Below are positions 1 through 13,670 of a DNA stretch of 64,000 nt, one piece after another. The DNA comes from Lama glama (Eukaryota): assembly GCA_028534125.1 (NCBI GenBank), contig CM052818.1, positions 12,588,001 through 12,652,000 on the forward strand, given 5' to 3'. Both the position numbers and the translations under genes were made by a program. The number at the start of each line of letters is the position of its first letter. Within the stretch, counting starts at the first letter, position 1. Below the pieces are notes generated by a model. It was given only the letters and a program-made list of their open reading frames with translations, was not told where the DNA came from and searched no databases.

Positions 1-44
1 CGTATTGGTGGCTTTTGCTGTTGGTGCTGCAGCAGCTGTTGTTC

Positions 45-335
45 TTAGACCCCACATATCAGTGAGGTTGTATGATATTTGTCTTTCTCTGTCTGACTTA
101 TTTCACTTAGCATAATGCTCTCAGGGTCCATCCATGTTGTGACAAAAGGCAAGATTTCATTTTTTTTAATGGCTGAAAAATATTCCATTTATATATATGT
201 GTATTTAATGTGATATATATGACATATTGATATATATGATACATAAACACACACACACACACATTTTGTATATTGATATTATATCCTACAACTTTACTCT
301 ATTGCTTATTGGTCCCAACAGTTTTTTGGTGGACA
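45..335 (-). mobile_element. L1 fragment (L1MA9/Laurasiatherian-type 3' UTR piece joined across an (AT)/(AC) tract to an ORF2 piece)
   Basis: 'gtctttctctgtctgacttatttcacttagcataatgctctcagggtccatccatgttgt' is typical antisense L1 3' UTR and is near-identical to ~20060-20120 in this window. 264-333 resembles antisense ORF2. Confidence 0.8.
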
Positions 336-339
336 TTTT

Positions 340-2000
340 ATTTTTGAAGTAAAGTCACACTGAAGTATAACGTGTACAGAAAGGTCTGCAAATCATAAGT
401 TCAGCATATATAATTTTTTACAGAGTGAAAACATCTATGTAACCAGCACCTAGATCAAGATCAAATCGTATGAGCAGCACAGAAATTTCTAATGCATTTC
501 CAAGTCCTTTAAAAAAAAGGTAATCACTCATGGGACTTCCCTTACTGTAGCTTTTTCCCAATTTCTGAATCTTATAAAATGAAATCATACAATATGTACA
601 CTTCTGTATCTGAGTTTTCACTCAAGAACATTGTTGTGCATAGAAATCTATAATTTTATGGCTAAGTAGTGTTCAATATATTACTATAACACAACTTATT
701 TATCTTTGCTACACTTATGGGTGCTGCAAAAATTTCTATGAACATTCTTCTACATGTCTTTCAGTGCATTCATGAACATATTTCCAGAGGTTTAATTGTT
801 GGGTTTTAAAATAACCTCTGTTCAGCTTTATCATATATTGCCAAATAGATTTCCAAAGTGATTGCACCTGTTTACATATCCCCGAAGAGTCTCTGAAAGT
901 ATAAATTTGTCTTTCTTTACACCACTTGATATTGTCTTTCTTTAACATTTTTGATGTTCTTGTGGTTATGTGGTGACAGCTCATGATTCACACTGTAATG
1001 ATGAGTAATGGAGTTGAGCATCTTTTCATATCTTTCTTGGCCATTTAGATTTTTTGCAGTTCCCATGAAATATTTGCCAATTCTCTAAATTGGGCTTACT
1101 ATTTTACATTGATTTATAAGAACTTGTGTGTATAATTTAAATTCTTGGTGAAACAAATATTTGCAAAAATATTCTTCCACCTTATAGCTGGCCTTTTTGG
1201 TTGATGAAAAAAACTTCTGAAGAACAAAAGGTTTCAATTTTAATGAAATTTAATTTATTGTTCTTTTACTTTATTACTGCCCTTGTTTACTGTTTAAGAA
1301 ATGTTTACATACTGTGAGATGGTAAGTTTCCTATATTTTCTTCTAGAAACTTTTTTTTTTTTACCTTTGACATGTAGGTTCACAATCTAACGGTAATTAT
1401 GTTTTTGTGTATGCTGTGAGATGTTTTTTCAAAATAGATATCCAGTTGTCTCAGCGTAATTTCTGAGAAAAAGTCATTTCCTCATTCTAGTTCATTGTCA
1501 CTTTTGTTAAAATTAAATTCCATAGATAACTAGGTCTGTACAAGATAACAGAGTCTGTATAAGTCCAGTGTCTATTCTGTCCTCATACCAAAGCCATGTC
1601 ATCTTAACAACTACAGCCTCATGATGATCTTTGATATTTGGTTGTATAAATTTTTCAACTTATTGTTCTTTTAAAGATTGTCTCAGCTATTCTTGGTCTT
1701 CTGTATTTCCAAATAAGTTTCAGAATCAGCTTGGCAATTTACACACATATAAATGCAAACACTCACACAAACACACACACAGGTATAGACACAGACTCCT
1801 GAAATTTTTATTGTGAGTTTATTGAATTTATAGTAAATATTTTAACAATTGGAATGTTTTTAATATTAACTTGCTCAATCTTTTGATCATGTTATGCCCT
1901 CCCTTTTGTTTAGGTCTCTTTATTTGTCTCTGAGTGATATTTTGTAGTTTTTTTGTAGAGGTCTTGCTTAGTCTTTATCATACTAGTTCTAAATAGTTGC
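340..2000 (-). mobile_element. Old L1 (L1ME-like) 3' UTR plus ORF2 C-terminal region, decayed
   Basis: T-rich antisense L1 motifs: 'gttgagcatcttttcatatctttcttggccatt', 'tttccaaataagtttcagaatcagcttggcaattt'. Confidence 0.8.
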
Positions 2001-2009
2001 TTTTTAAAA

Positions 2010-3175
2010 ATAAAAGGCTTCTAGGCACATTCTGCATTTTCCCTGTCCCATCTTTGAATCAGGCTTTTCTCTAAGGAATCCTGATTCGATTCCCTGTAAA
2101 AAATAATATTTAGACACCAAAGGAAATACATTATATAGTTTTCCCCTTTTCCATATGTATAACTCCGTTGTCCAATAGTAAAGTCTATGTCTACAATGTC
2201 AACATATTTCCTCATTTAATCAAATTAAAATATGGAGGAAATGGTTTTAGAATTTCTAGTCCATATCAGTGTATAAAGCAAACCTATTAACTTCTGACTA
2301 GAGTTCAAGAGGTTTTTTTTTTTTAAACCATTCTTTTTTTAGATAAATTTTACATTTGGTATAAACCACAGTCCTAACAAGAAACAGAATATTTCCATCA
2401 CCCTATAAATTTACTCTTTGCCTCTTCCCAGTTAATCATCCTGAGGCAAACACTTTTTCATTTTTTATACATATATACATTTATACACATATAAATAGAA
2501 TCGTACATTAGGCACTGTTTCGTGCCTGGCATCTTTAAACTAAAGTTATATTGGACATATTGATTCTTATTCTGTATACTATTAGCTTGCTCTTTTTTAT
2601 TGCTTAGCAATATTCCATTGCTTATCCATTCTCCTGCTTAGGGATATTTCCAGTTTTGCACTATTATGAATTAAGTTGCTATGCACGTTCTAGCCCAAGC
2701 CTTTGTATGGACATATAATTTAATTTTTATTGGGTCAGTATTTAGAAGTGGGCTTTATAAGGGAATAGAAAAGATGACTAGTTTACAAGACATCACCAAA
2801 ACTATTTCCAGATTTGTTCTCACACTTACTCTCCAGCCAGCAGCTGTGACAGTTCCACATCCTCACCGATGTTTGATGTTTTTGTTTGTTTTAAATTGTA
2901 ATGAATGTGTGATAGTATTTCATTGTGGTTTTGCATTTGATAATTTTTGAAGCTATCTTAAATAGTATCATTTAATATCTCATTTTCAAAACTTCTGTTG
3001 CTAGTTTATAGTCAGTTCAGTTGGTATATGTTTGTGTATCAGCCTTGTACCCCATGATTTTGCCAAATTACCTTCTTAATTATTATAATGTATTTGTAGA
3101 TTGGGATTTTCAATGTACAGTACCACATCATCTGCAAATAGTGGTGGGCTTATATTTGACTTTTACTCCATATAC
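2010..3175 (-). mobile_element. Cluster of old L1 fragments (L1MC4/5- and L1ME-like 3' UTRs, ORF2 piece)
   Basis: Antisense L1 motifs: 'tttccagttttgcactattatgaat', 'gtatttcattgtggttttgcattt', 'catcatctgcaaatagtg'. Confidence 0.65.
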
Positions 3176-4199
3176 ATATTATCAAACAAGATTTCTTTAT
3201 TGAAAGAATGCAGCATTTGAAACATCATTTTGGAAAAAAAAAGAGTGATTTACAATTTATTTCCCCCTTTTATTATTTCTGTATCAGCATGGTAACAGCT
3301 TTCAAAGAAAAAAACACATTTAAAATGAAAAGAAAAGAGTAGTTGGTAACGAAGGAATCTATCTTACGAAGGCCTGAGGGAAGCATCCAAGCATAGTTCT
3401 CCGTGTCTTTAAAGACAGGATGACTTATGACCCAAGAACCTGATGTTTTCTTCCTGAGATCTGGGCTTCAGGGGAATCCAAGGGCTTCCCCTCCAAGAAG
3501 AGCTGATGATACTGATATTGACCAAGAGAGGCACAGGGTTAAAAGGGCAACAATTCAAATACCTGAGAGCTGAACTTAGAGGCTGTGAGCTATCTATGCT
3601 TCTTGAAAGAAACCCACCTCATTTATTTCCCTGAATCAGAGCTTGTCAGAAAAACCTTGCACAGTTATTATAAGAAGAGACTAAACAATTGGAAATATTT
3701 GCAGGTAGGGGTTTTAGCTCATAGATTTTGTGAATCCAGAATAAAATATTGACCAAAGCCTGCAAATTTGTCATAACTTGTTTTTGTTGTTGTTGCAATC
3801 AAGAGGCCACATCTTTAAGAAATAGCTCTGAATACTCCATTAAATTATCATGCCTTTTATAACAAGAGGCTTGCACTGAATAAAGAAGAGCAGCTGTAAG
3901 TGCAGGTAGACAACAGCCAGACACTATTTCCCATTCACAGAGATGAGCTTTTCTTCCTACACCTACTGATTACAGACATCTACCAGAAGTGGTCCATTGT
4001 TTGGAGATGTCATTCACCTTCACTATTCAGAAGTAGAGGACAGAAAATCCCCGCAGTACAGGACATCTAAGATACTATGACCATTAATCTGACTTTAAAT
4101 ATATTAGACTAAAACTGGTGCATATCCATGTTAAAAAAAACACTGTTGCTTACTATATTCACTCTATTCAACCCAAATGATAAATCAAGTTATGCACAT

Positions 4200-4652
4200 A
4201 GTTGAGTAGTTGCCAGAATGAATAATATCTATATCTATCTCTTAAGACAAACACAAGTTATTGGGCTGGAATCAGCTGGGTGGTACTTCTGCTGGTCTTG
4301 TCTGGGGTCTCTCTTGTAGATGTTGTCATCTGGTAACTTGACTGGGGCTGGGTCTTCCAGGAGAGTCTCACTCACATGTCTGATGGTTAGCTCTGCATGC
4401 TGTCTGCGGTGCCTCATTCTCCTCCACCCGGCCCCTCCAGCAGAATAGCCGCTGGAGTACATGGTGTTAGCAGAGTTCTGGGAGTTCAGATACCAATGCT
4501 CAAGTATTTACCAAGCCTCTGCTTGCCTCATGTTTGCTGATTTGTCATTGGCCACACCAAATCGCGTGGCCGAGGCTTGAGTCAATGTGTGAAGGTGTGG
4601 ATACTGGGAGGTATGATTCATCGAGGGGAATTAATTTAATAGTCTACCAAGA
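4200..4652 (-). mobile_element. MaLR LTR (MLT1G/H-like)
   Basis: 'caagcctctgcttgcctcatgtttgctgatttgtcattggccacaccaaatcgcgtggccgaggc' and the end 'tagtctacca' resemble the MLT1 consensus in antisense. Confidence 0.75.
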
Positions 4653-4714
4653 TGTTCCAATATACATGAAATCATGGCTTAGTTTTCTCATTAATCCTCT
4701 TGGTTTCCTATATC

Positions 4715-5250
4715 AATATTTTTTGAAAGAAGTTTAGATTTACAGATGAAGCAAAAAAATAGTACAGAGAGTTCCCACGTACTCTCATTTCTCCTATTGT
4801 TCCTGACAACTTACGTAACCGTAGTATATCTAACGAAACTAAGAATTAATCGTTAGTGCAGTATTATTGACTAAAATACAGTCTTTATTCAGGATTTATT
4901 AATTTTCTGAATAATATTGTTCTCTTTCAGGATCCAATCCAGGTTTCCGTATTATTACATCTTCTTAGTTTTTTCCAGTCATGGCAGTTACTTAATCTTT
5001 CCTTGTCCATCGTGACCTTGAAACTTTTGAAGAGGGCTAGTCAGTTATTTTGTGAAATGACTCATGATCTGGATTTGGCTGATGCTTTTTCACGACTGGA
5101 TTAAGCATGTGTGTTTTCAGTGAGTTATCACAGAAATGAAGTTGTGCCCTTCTCAGTGCATCTATTAGGAGGTGCATAATAAGTAATGATGTTCTGGTGA
5201 TGTAAACCTTGCCCACTTGGTGAAGATGGTGTCTTCCGGGTTTCTGAAAA
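4715..5250 (-). mobile_element. L1 3' UTR (L1MC/L1MD-like)
   Basis: 'tttagatttacagatgaagcaaaaaaatagtacagagagttccc', 'caggatccaatccagg', 'gaccttgaaacttttgaagagggctagtcagttattttgt'. Confidence 0.8.
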
Positions 5251-5654
5251 TATGCATCTTTTCCTCAATACAGCCCTGGAATTAACTAATTTTCCAGGAG
5301 AAAGGAAGACTAGTTTAAAAGAAAATGTTGTTAACCCTTTCCTTCTCAACCTCTTAGTGCAGTCTCACAAAATATAGAGTAATATAATTCATTTTCCCCA
5401 AATATTTTTTTTATTTCTACCTAAAAGTATTGTCTTACAATTTTTTTCACTACTAAGAGTGAATTGCCCCTCGTCTTAAATTTCAGTAAACTTCCCCCCC
5501 ACCCATCTCTTAAGAATTTCCATAATTAGTTTCCTTCTCTGTGTATTTCTAAACCTCTGTTAAAATACTATCAAAGTGCACCCATTTAAGTAGTACAAGA
5601 TATTATGAGAAACATGCGTCTACATTTTAGTAACATGACAGACTCTTGCAACAG

Positions 5655-6045
5655 TCTCAGACAGCAACTCTTCAAAATGACTAGCTTTTTCATGTTTTAT
5701 ATTTCAGCACATATGCCTTGCAAGGAGAGGCACTGACTTTCTTTTTTGTTCCAAGCTACTTTTCAAACATGTTTGTATAATAAGAAACCTTGGCAGACAC
5801 AAATAGTGTCAGGCGTGTTAACTGATCATTTATAATAGATTTCTATTGTAAACTCAGGGTTCCCTTCCTGTAGGGTAACCTGCTGTATGTACAGGTGTTA
5901 CTTGGCCCTCTGCATTTCCCAGGGAAATGACACAAGAAACTAATACATTTAATAATCCTACTGTTACGACTAATAAAGTCCCTTGTCTCCAACCCAGGAA
6001 TGTCGTGGCTTCTACTAGGATAAAGTCTCAGATTCTGCTCACATC
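5655..6045 (+). mobile_element. ERVL solo LTR (LTR40-like)
   Basis: 'gaggcactgactttc..tttgttccaagctacttttcaaacatgtttgtata', 'ctcagggttcccttcctgta', and poly(A) signal 'aataaagtcccttgtctccaacccagga' match the recalled LTR40 consensus. Confidence 0.75.
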
Positions 6046-6902
6046 TTTTTACCTGCCTGTCACTTTCTTTTCTTTCTGTTTCTTGCACCCTCTTAAACTG
6101 AAGAAAAACATAAATGGAGGAAATTAGTATCAGAGGGAAGTGCCACACTATAGGGGAAAGAAGTTAAAATAAATGGTAGTGTATTTTAAAAATGGAGATG
6201 AAGCATTTGGATTCATGGAGGGGAAAAGTGCTTGAAAGTATATGTTTGCACTCAGAATGCAAGAAAAACTCAGCTACCTATCAATGAATATGTTATTTTT
6301 TTCTCTATGAGATTATATTGCAATTTTATTTTGATTATTTTTAATTCTCCGTATAATGGAAGAATAAATCCTAATAAAAGTAAACAATGTAAAATTTGAT
6401 ACTGGAAAAAGTGATGGAACTGCTTCATTCTTTCTCAACCCAACTCACCCCTTCAGCAATAAACACTGCTGATGATAGTGTTCCCCAATGCATCAAAATC
6501 AAGAGGAGTATATGTGAATATACACAATTTTAGTTAACATTTTTAATACAATTGGGGTCATGCTTTTTTCCCCCCTAACCCAACAAGTATCTGGATAATC
6601 TTTAATGTTAGTATAGTCGGCGCTCCCTCATACTTATATCTCATAATTGCTGCTAACTTTTAAGTGAACTAAATATTGCTCAGTGTATTTAACTATTCCC
6701 CAACCTGTAAGCATTTTCTTGTTCACTCTTACCAATGGTGATATTCTCAGTGTCTTTACATGTGTCTTTCTGCGTATGTGTAGGAAAACCTTCTAAAAAT
6801 GTGTTTGCTGCTAAAATGGTATACTTTTTCTTTAATTTTTATGGATATTACCAAGTAATTTTTCAAAGGAAATTGGACCAGTTTATACTCTTGCAGACAA
6901 TG

Positions 6903-7402
6903 NNNNNNNNNNNNNNNNNNNNNNNNNNNNNNNNNNNNNNNNNNNNNNNNNNNNNNNNNNNNNNNNNNNNNNNNNNNNNNNNNNNNNNNNNNNNNNNNNN
7001 NNNNNNNNNNNNNNNNNNNNNNNNNNNNNNNNNNNNNNNNNNNNNNNNNNNNNNNNNNNNNNNNNNNNNNNNNNNNNNNNNNNNNNNNNNNNNNNNNNNN
7101 NNNNNNNNNNNNNNNNNNNNNNNNNNNNNNNNNNNNNNNNNNNNNNNNNNNNNNNNNNNNNNNNNNNNNNNNNNNNNNNNNNNNNNNNNNNNNNNNNNNN
7201 NNNNNNNNNNNNNNNNNNNNNNNNNNNNNNNNNNNNNNNNNNNNNNNNNNNNNNNNNNNNNNNNNNNNNNNNNNNNNNNNNNNNNNNNNNNNNNNNNNNN
7301 NNNNNNNNNNNNNNNNNNNNNNNNNNNNNNNNNNNNNNNNNNNNNNNNNNNNNNNNNNNNNNNNNNNNNNNNNNNNNNNNNNNNNNNNNNNNNNNNNNNN
7401 NN
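6903..7402. other. Assembly gap (500 N)
   Basis: Run of n. Confidence 1.
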
Positions 7403-7643
7403 TCAGGAGTGAGGGAAATGGACCAATCAAGAGTTAACTCAGGGAACCAATAGAATCTTAGGGATAAGTTCCACTTTCCTAAAAGTAAGCTGTTTCAGAG
7501 TTTAAAAAGCGAGATAATGCCGCAGAGTCAGGGAACGAAATGGTGCTGGCAGGAGGGTAGTGGCCCTGCCTGGGGATCCTGCTGTTTTTTCCATGGGGCT
7601 TCCCACCTCAACAGGGCATCACCAATGACACAGGTGGCCCTAA

Positions 7644-7771
7644 TTGCATGTGTATCTGTTCTTTATACACGTACATTTTAAGTGTAAGAATTTTTTGTAG
7701 TCCCTTCCTCCACTGCCAAGAACCAACTGTTGTCACCTTGGAGGTACTATCACATTCATTGAAAATGCATG
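7644..7771 (-). mobile_element. hAT-Charlie family MITE fragment (Chap1/Charlie-like)
   Basis: Minus strand begins 'catgcattttcaatg..tgatagtacctccaaggtgacaacagttggttcttgg' like hAT MITE termini, next to a 'ctcta' hAT-type target. Confidence 0.55.
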
Positions 7772-9434
7772 CTCTAATGCTTCCACCAATACCTGCAGCC
7801 ATTTGCCAGAGTCTGAAAACATTTTGAGGACTGTTTGGTATGGGGCATTATCTGACACTGACATCAGAGACACAAAATGTCATTTTTGTCCTCTTAAGTT
7901 GAACAAGAAGTTATGGAGGGTAAGTGGATATACCAACATGGCCAGCATGGTAATGCATCACATTGTATTGCTTCCATTGTATCATATTGTCTCAGCTGCC
8001 TTCCCTTCCCTTCCCATCACTCCCATTACACTGCAATTACACATTACAGTAGTGTTAGAACATAAGTTTTGCCCCACACTGTTTGATAGGGTACTCTATG
8101 TACTTTGTTTCTTACTTGTCTTCCATAGAGCTTGAAATTTCACTGGTGACACATTATTTTCCATCCTCACCTCATATTTCCTTGCAATTTTCAGCTTTCA
8201 TGACCAATAATGTTATATCAGGGAAAGCACTGAACCCTGTGACCTAGCCTCTCTTCCTGGTGTTTAAGAAATGGGGTGAGAGGAAAGCTCCAGATAAAGG
8301 ATAAAGATTGCATTTTGTTTCAAACCAAGGAGGATGTAGAAAAGCAAACCTTCAGGCATGGGCCAGCTACTCACATATATGATTATAGTGATGCTAGGAT
8401 CCCAGGATGCCCTGATGTTTCCCTGTCAGCCTGGCTGTCTGGCCCGGCATTGTTGCTTCTTAACCTGTAATTAGGCGATGAAGTAGACAATGTGGAACAA
8501 ACCAACAGAGAGGAAAGGGAAGTGTTTGCATGCCCTTTTCCATCCATTACATTTTTTCCTTTTTCTAAGCTACTATTGTCTTCCACACATTCTGTTTCCT
8601 AAGGGGATTCTTCTCTGCCCCCTGCCCTTTTTAATTATTGTTAGATTCTGGGATACCAGAGACTTCTCTTACTTCTGTGGCATCACCAGCATTGGGTTAT
8701 GTAGGTGAGCCCATTCTAGTTTTTCAAAATGAAAAGTCATTGAATTTTAAATATAAATATTAAAGCAAATGGGCAGGGCAAGGTAGTTTATAATATCATG
8801 CTCAGTTTGTTTTTCATCTCAAGTTTTGCTTTGAAAAAGATTGATATTAAAATGAGCTTACTTTTGGACTTAGTTTTTTAATTAGATGCTTCATGGTTAA
8901 TCATTAACATATTATTTCTGCTGTCATGACATTATAATACAATTCAATATCAACTACAGGAAGGCAGATTGATGAATGCTTGGAAAGTTAATACTTGCTC
9001 TTTCAATATAGTAACAGAGAGTTAAATGCCAGAGGTTAAGTACAATTCCATTTAAATGTAAAATACCCAATTAAGAAGTAATAATTATTGTATAATGACA
9101 AAAATCTAGAACAGAAAACCAAAACATACTTATCTTTAAAAAATAAAGTCTCAAATCCCAGTATCTGTCATAAACTCATTGTATAGGGAGAAGCTATAAT
9201 AAGTCAAAACAATCTTCATTTATAATGACAGTAGTTAAACTTTAAAAACTGTAGTCTAAAGAAAAAATGATATAATACATAAGGAAACATGAAGTATTAA
9301 CTATGGAATGTTTGGGAAACCTCATTTAAAAATGTCTTTATTACAAATCACTTTCTTCTAAAGCATAAAGCATATTCAGGAATCATACATCCTGTTTAAG
9401 AGTAACATTTATGAAAATAAATAAAGGAAACATT

Positions 9435-9751
9435 TAAAATAAAGTTGAGAAGCCCTAAAGAGGGAGCTCTCCTGCACTACCACTCAGACCCCAGCAGGAG
9501 GAAGGATTTGCTTCTCTTTGCCCAGCAACAGCCTAGCCAATGAGAAGCTGTCACCCCTCTGGACTCTTTGAAACAGCCCCTCCCAATTTCGTTTCTCCTC
9601 TGTGAAAGCAAACATTGCTCTTCTGTACTTAGGATTTTCCTATGATTTGCAGTGGTTTGCAATAGTGTCCCAAAGGGCAATTCTCTGCTATTCCTGACTA
9701 AACTCATTTTGCTGGTAAAGTAACTGGCACTTTTGTTTTTCAAGGTCATCA
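9435..9751 (+). mobile_element. ERV1-class solo LTR (Laurasiatherian, MER34-like) with 4-bp TSD CATT
   Basis: CATT at 9431-9434 and 9752-9755; ends in CA; CCAAT box 'agccaatgag'; 3' part 'gcaattctctgctattcctgactaaactcattttgctggtaaagtaactggca'. Confidence 0.75.
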
Positions 9752-10958
9752 CATTCTTGCAGAATGTGTGATTTCTATCAGTCAAAATATTGTATCAGAG
9801 ATTAAATCTATAAACATGCATAAACATAATTATAAAATTTTAGGGTAGTTATTATAATAATCAAGCATTTCTATCCTAAATTAACTTCTCTATCCTATGT
9901 AGCAAGGCATTCCTTATTTATTTCTAGTAACCAACCATCATGTTATATTGATTAGAAATTAAATTTTCATTTTAATACGACTTTACAGAAGGAAATTGCA
10001 AAGGCAAGACAGATTCGAAAAATCATTCATTGCATTTTGATGACAAAGTCTATAGGGATTTTGGATTATTCTTGATTTTGTGTTACCTGTTCATTATTTT
10101 CCACAATTAACATGTGTAGTTGATACTGGCTTTATGAAATGCTGAGCCTCCACCATATGCAGCTAAAATGGCATCAATTCTCAGTTAATCAATAATCGGC
10201 TAAATTGTTTTTAACACCTTATGCTATCTTTAAACCAGTAAGCAGAGGCTTCTTAAATGGTCATCTGTGTTAAGGTCATTTGTGAAAATTATTTAATCTG
10301 TTAGAAGATGATATGAATACAGGAATACGATTAGTCAAAAATTACACTTAACTATGATTTTATCTACATTTTATGCCTTTTTCAAATTATTCTGATTCAA
10401 GTGCCTCAAACAAATGCGCAACTAGAAACATAATGCTACTTGCATCTAGTATATGTTCAGGAAAATAAACGGGCAACTAATAGTTTCAGGGGACTTGGAG
10501 CTAATAACTTACCTGTGCCAAACTTAAGGCCATCAATCCTCTCCTTGTATGTTGCTTCTATTGCTTCTTCATTATTTTCACATCAACTAATTGCACCACT
10601 CAGTTGATGCAATCCTAAATGGTGTCTGACTGCTCTTCACATCAATTAAAAAAGCTTCAGATAAGGGAGTGTTCAGGATATTGGAATAGATGGGTCAAGC
10701 ATTAAAAGCATGGAACCAGGATAATTATTTTTCTTTTATTTTCAATGAATATAAATAAACTGTTTAAAGTGAATCAAGTATAAGAAAGAATACTCATTCT
10801 GTACAATTTCAGTTCATGTTTAGAAAGTTCTTAGAGTTCAGGAGCATGTCTTCGTAACTTTATAGTTACATGACTTCACCGAGTCCCTTTCATATCAGGT
10901 CTTTCCTAACTCTCTTGGGCACATTTTGAATATCTACACTTATTTAATATCTGTTAGG

Positions 10959-11121
10959 AGTACTTCATAAATATGAATGTGCACAGAAATCACCCGATTT
11001 TATGAAAAGACAGGTTCTATTTCTGTAGGTCTGGGATACAGCCTGAGATGCTGCATTTCTAACAACCTCCTTAGTGATGCTGGTGTTGCTGCTCCATGGA
11101 CCATAGTTTGTACACCAAGGT
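10959..11121 (+). mobile_element. MER5-family hAT-Charlie MITE (MER5B-like)
   Basis: 'tgtaggtctgggatacagcctgagatgctgcatttctaacaacctccttagtgatgctggtgttgctgctccatggaccata'. Confidence 0.8.
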
Positions 11122-11331
11122 CCTTCAGCACTCATAGCCTCAATGACCTATTTTTTCCTTTTAAGTTTCTCAACTATTTTTTCATATCTATTAAAAATAT
11201 CTCCCAATTGAGGTAGAAAATTGTTTTCTTAAAATTATAAAAACTGCTTTAAAAATATTTCTACATCAACTATATTAGTCCTAAGCATATAGTATTTGCT
11301 TAGTCAAATTTGTGGAAAATACCTACAAAAT

Positions 11332-11460
11332 TTATTTATTTCTTCATTTATTCAATCATATGTCCAGCATTGTTCAAGGTGCTAGTCATAAGGTAGTAAA
11401 GATAGAGTCTTCATCCTCAGGGAGCTTACAGTGCTCAGTTTAGAATCAAGGAAATAAACA
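11332..11460 (-). mobile_element. L2 3' end fragment
   Basis: Degenerate (TTCA)n tail followed by 'ccagcattgttcaaggtgctag...cctcagggagcttacag'. Confidence 0.6.
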
Positions 11461-12227
11461 AGTTGCTTAACATTTTTTGATTGCACCAGTAACTCAAATA
11501 TCACACACAGTGTCGATAATGCAATAAAACAACCATGTGCTTCCAATTTTCCTCAGGTTATGTTCAACTTTTCAACTGACATCTTCCCAGTAGAATAAGG
11601 CAGGGTAATTTCAGGATTAAAAAGGAAAATAAGTTAATTTTGGTCAAAATAAAAACTGTAAGAGTAGAGGAATAAAATACTTGGAAAAGGTTATAAAATA
11701 ATGAAAAATTTATCTAAGGTCACTTAAAAGATTATGTACAATAAAAACATGTAACCAGCAAGAACATATAACCAGTAAGAACAAATAAAAACAAACTTCC
11801 TAGAGGCTAAAAAGGGAACCAATTCATTTGAAAGACACAATTTTTAAAAAGTAAATTTCTAATTTGAAATGAACTATAAGGTATGGCATTGTTAAAAAAC
11901 TGTGATATCCAAGAGAATATGCAAATAAAATAATCAAAATCACTTTAGAAGGGGTTTTATTATTGTAATGTATGCAATTAAGATTTTTTGTATTATTCTG
12001 AAGCTTGTTTTTTCCATTAACAAGAATCCCTTTCCATATATCCCATTCTTTCTATTTATAGCAGCAACCTAATGTATCTCTTTAAGATTAACTTCAAAAA
12101 AGGCATATTTGGAGTATTTTAAATTTTTTAAAAATCCTACACTTGGTACTCAATTGGCAATCATGAACACATTTGTCTTCTCTCAGGTTTGTCTTTCTGT
12201 ATAATAAACTCCTTCAAGGTGGACATT

Positions 12228-12602
12228 AGTATTAATTTATTAAGGCTACCATAAAAAGGAACCATAGACTGGGTAGCTGAAACAAAAAATACGTATTTCT
12301 CACAATTCTGGTAGCTGTAAGTTCAAGATCAGGGAAGGTTTCTTCTCAGCCCTCTCTCCATGGCTTGTAGATAGCCATCTTTTCCTTGTGTCTTCGTGTG
12401 GCCTTCCTCTTGTATATGTCTGTGTCCTAACCCCATTGTCTCATAAGGACACAACTCATACTGGATTAGGGTCCATCCTAATGACTTAATTTTATTTTAA
12501 TTATTTCTTAAAGACTTTATCTTGAAATACAATCTGAGGCACTGGAGGTTAGGACTTCAATATATGAATTTGAAGGAGGGGGACACAATTCAGTCTATAA
12601 GA
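12228..12602 (-). mobile_element. MaLR solo LTR (MLT1A-like)
   Basis: 'tatttctcacaattctggtagctgtaagttcaagatcagg' ... 'ggttaggacttcaatatatgaatttgaaggagggggacacaattcagtctataa'. Confidence 0.85.
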
Positions 12603-13459
12603 ATCTTGGTCTAATGCTTTGTACTTTGGTTATTTGCTAAATTTTGTTTATTATGCTTCAAAAATAGGGCACAGATTTTTATTTCAACCAGAAGTTTTTT
12701 CTACTCCCTCTCATTTCTGCTTTTTTAATGGTCATTTACTTTTTCTTTTATGTTAACTGAACATTTGAATTTTTATCTGCTACCAAGTGAAGGAGATTAG
12801 ATGTTAGGCTGGAGATAATACAGAGACATAGAATATTGCTGATCGCCTCAGGTTACTGCAGGAGGAAGACTGCCTTGACAGAGTGTTCAGAGGTGGACTG
12901 CATTGAGAAGAAACTAGAAATGAATAGAATCTAGTTGCATAACAATTGTTACCATCCATGTTTTACATAACAATTGTCTAAAAGAGGTGGTGGCAGTAGG
13001 AATGCGAAGGAAGAGGCTAATGTGAAAGGCAGCAGGAAGGAAGGACAATAGTGCTGAGGCAGACTATGTGGAAATTGTAATTTTGTTTTCTAAAACACAC
13101 TTTGGAACACAAGATCAACATGTATTTTAAGAGAGCCCAGGGTTTCAGATCACTAGTTGTAAATTACTTAACTTGCTGTTGTACCATGGACTTACAGTCT
13201 CGCTAGTTAAGAGTCCTAAGAAGAAGGCATCACTGGTATTCAGTGGAAAATAAATTAGGCAGGTGTGTGATGTGAAAGAAGCATAACACGCAAAAGTGAT
13301 AAACCTATTGGGAATGTGGGAGAAAACTGGGAAGATGTTTTATAGCATTTGCCTCAGTGTGGCATTGTATTTTTCAAAAGAAAGGCAGGAATATTTTCAG
13401 GGATAGTAAAGGAATTGTAAAACAAAGAGTGGAGAAACCAGAACTCTGCTCTGAATGAC

Positions 13460-13670
13460 AGTGTATATAGAGAGAAATATACTGAATTTAAATTCAGGTT
13501 CTGCAATTTCTTAGTTGTATGAATTTAAGTAGCTTATTTTTATCTTTCTGAACTCTAGTTTTCTCAGTTATAAAATGGGTATTATAATATGTACCTAGAT
13601 GTGTTATTGAATTGTATTAAATATTCTTTGTAAAATATTTGGAATATACTACAAGTGATAACTTTTATTA
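13460..13670 (+). mobile_element. MIR SINE
   Basis: Core-like 'tttctgaactctagttttctcagttataaaatgggtattataata'. Confidence 0.7.

Noticed and set aside
3190..3330. Minus-strand AATAAA with 3' UTR-like composition
   Set aside because: AATAAA is frequent in AT-rich DNA; no linked coding exon or poly(A)/TSD of a retrocopy was found.
6735..7430. The two longest ORFs (225 and 224 aa)
   Set aside because: They are open only because they cross the 500-N gap.
7780..8200. 110-aa ORF and possible old repeat or viral insert
   Set aside because: No recognisable viral, transposase or cellular motif in the frames examined; left unclassified.
11746..11788. 17-bp imperfect tandem repeat (a similar 13-bp repeat at 43254-43283)
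   Set aside because: Ordinary slippage-type duplications with no spacer structure; not CRISPR-like.
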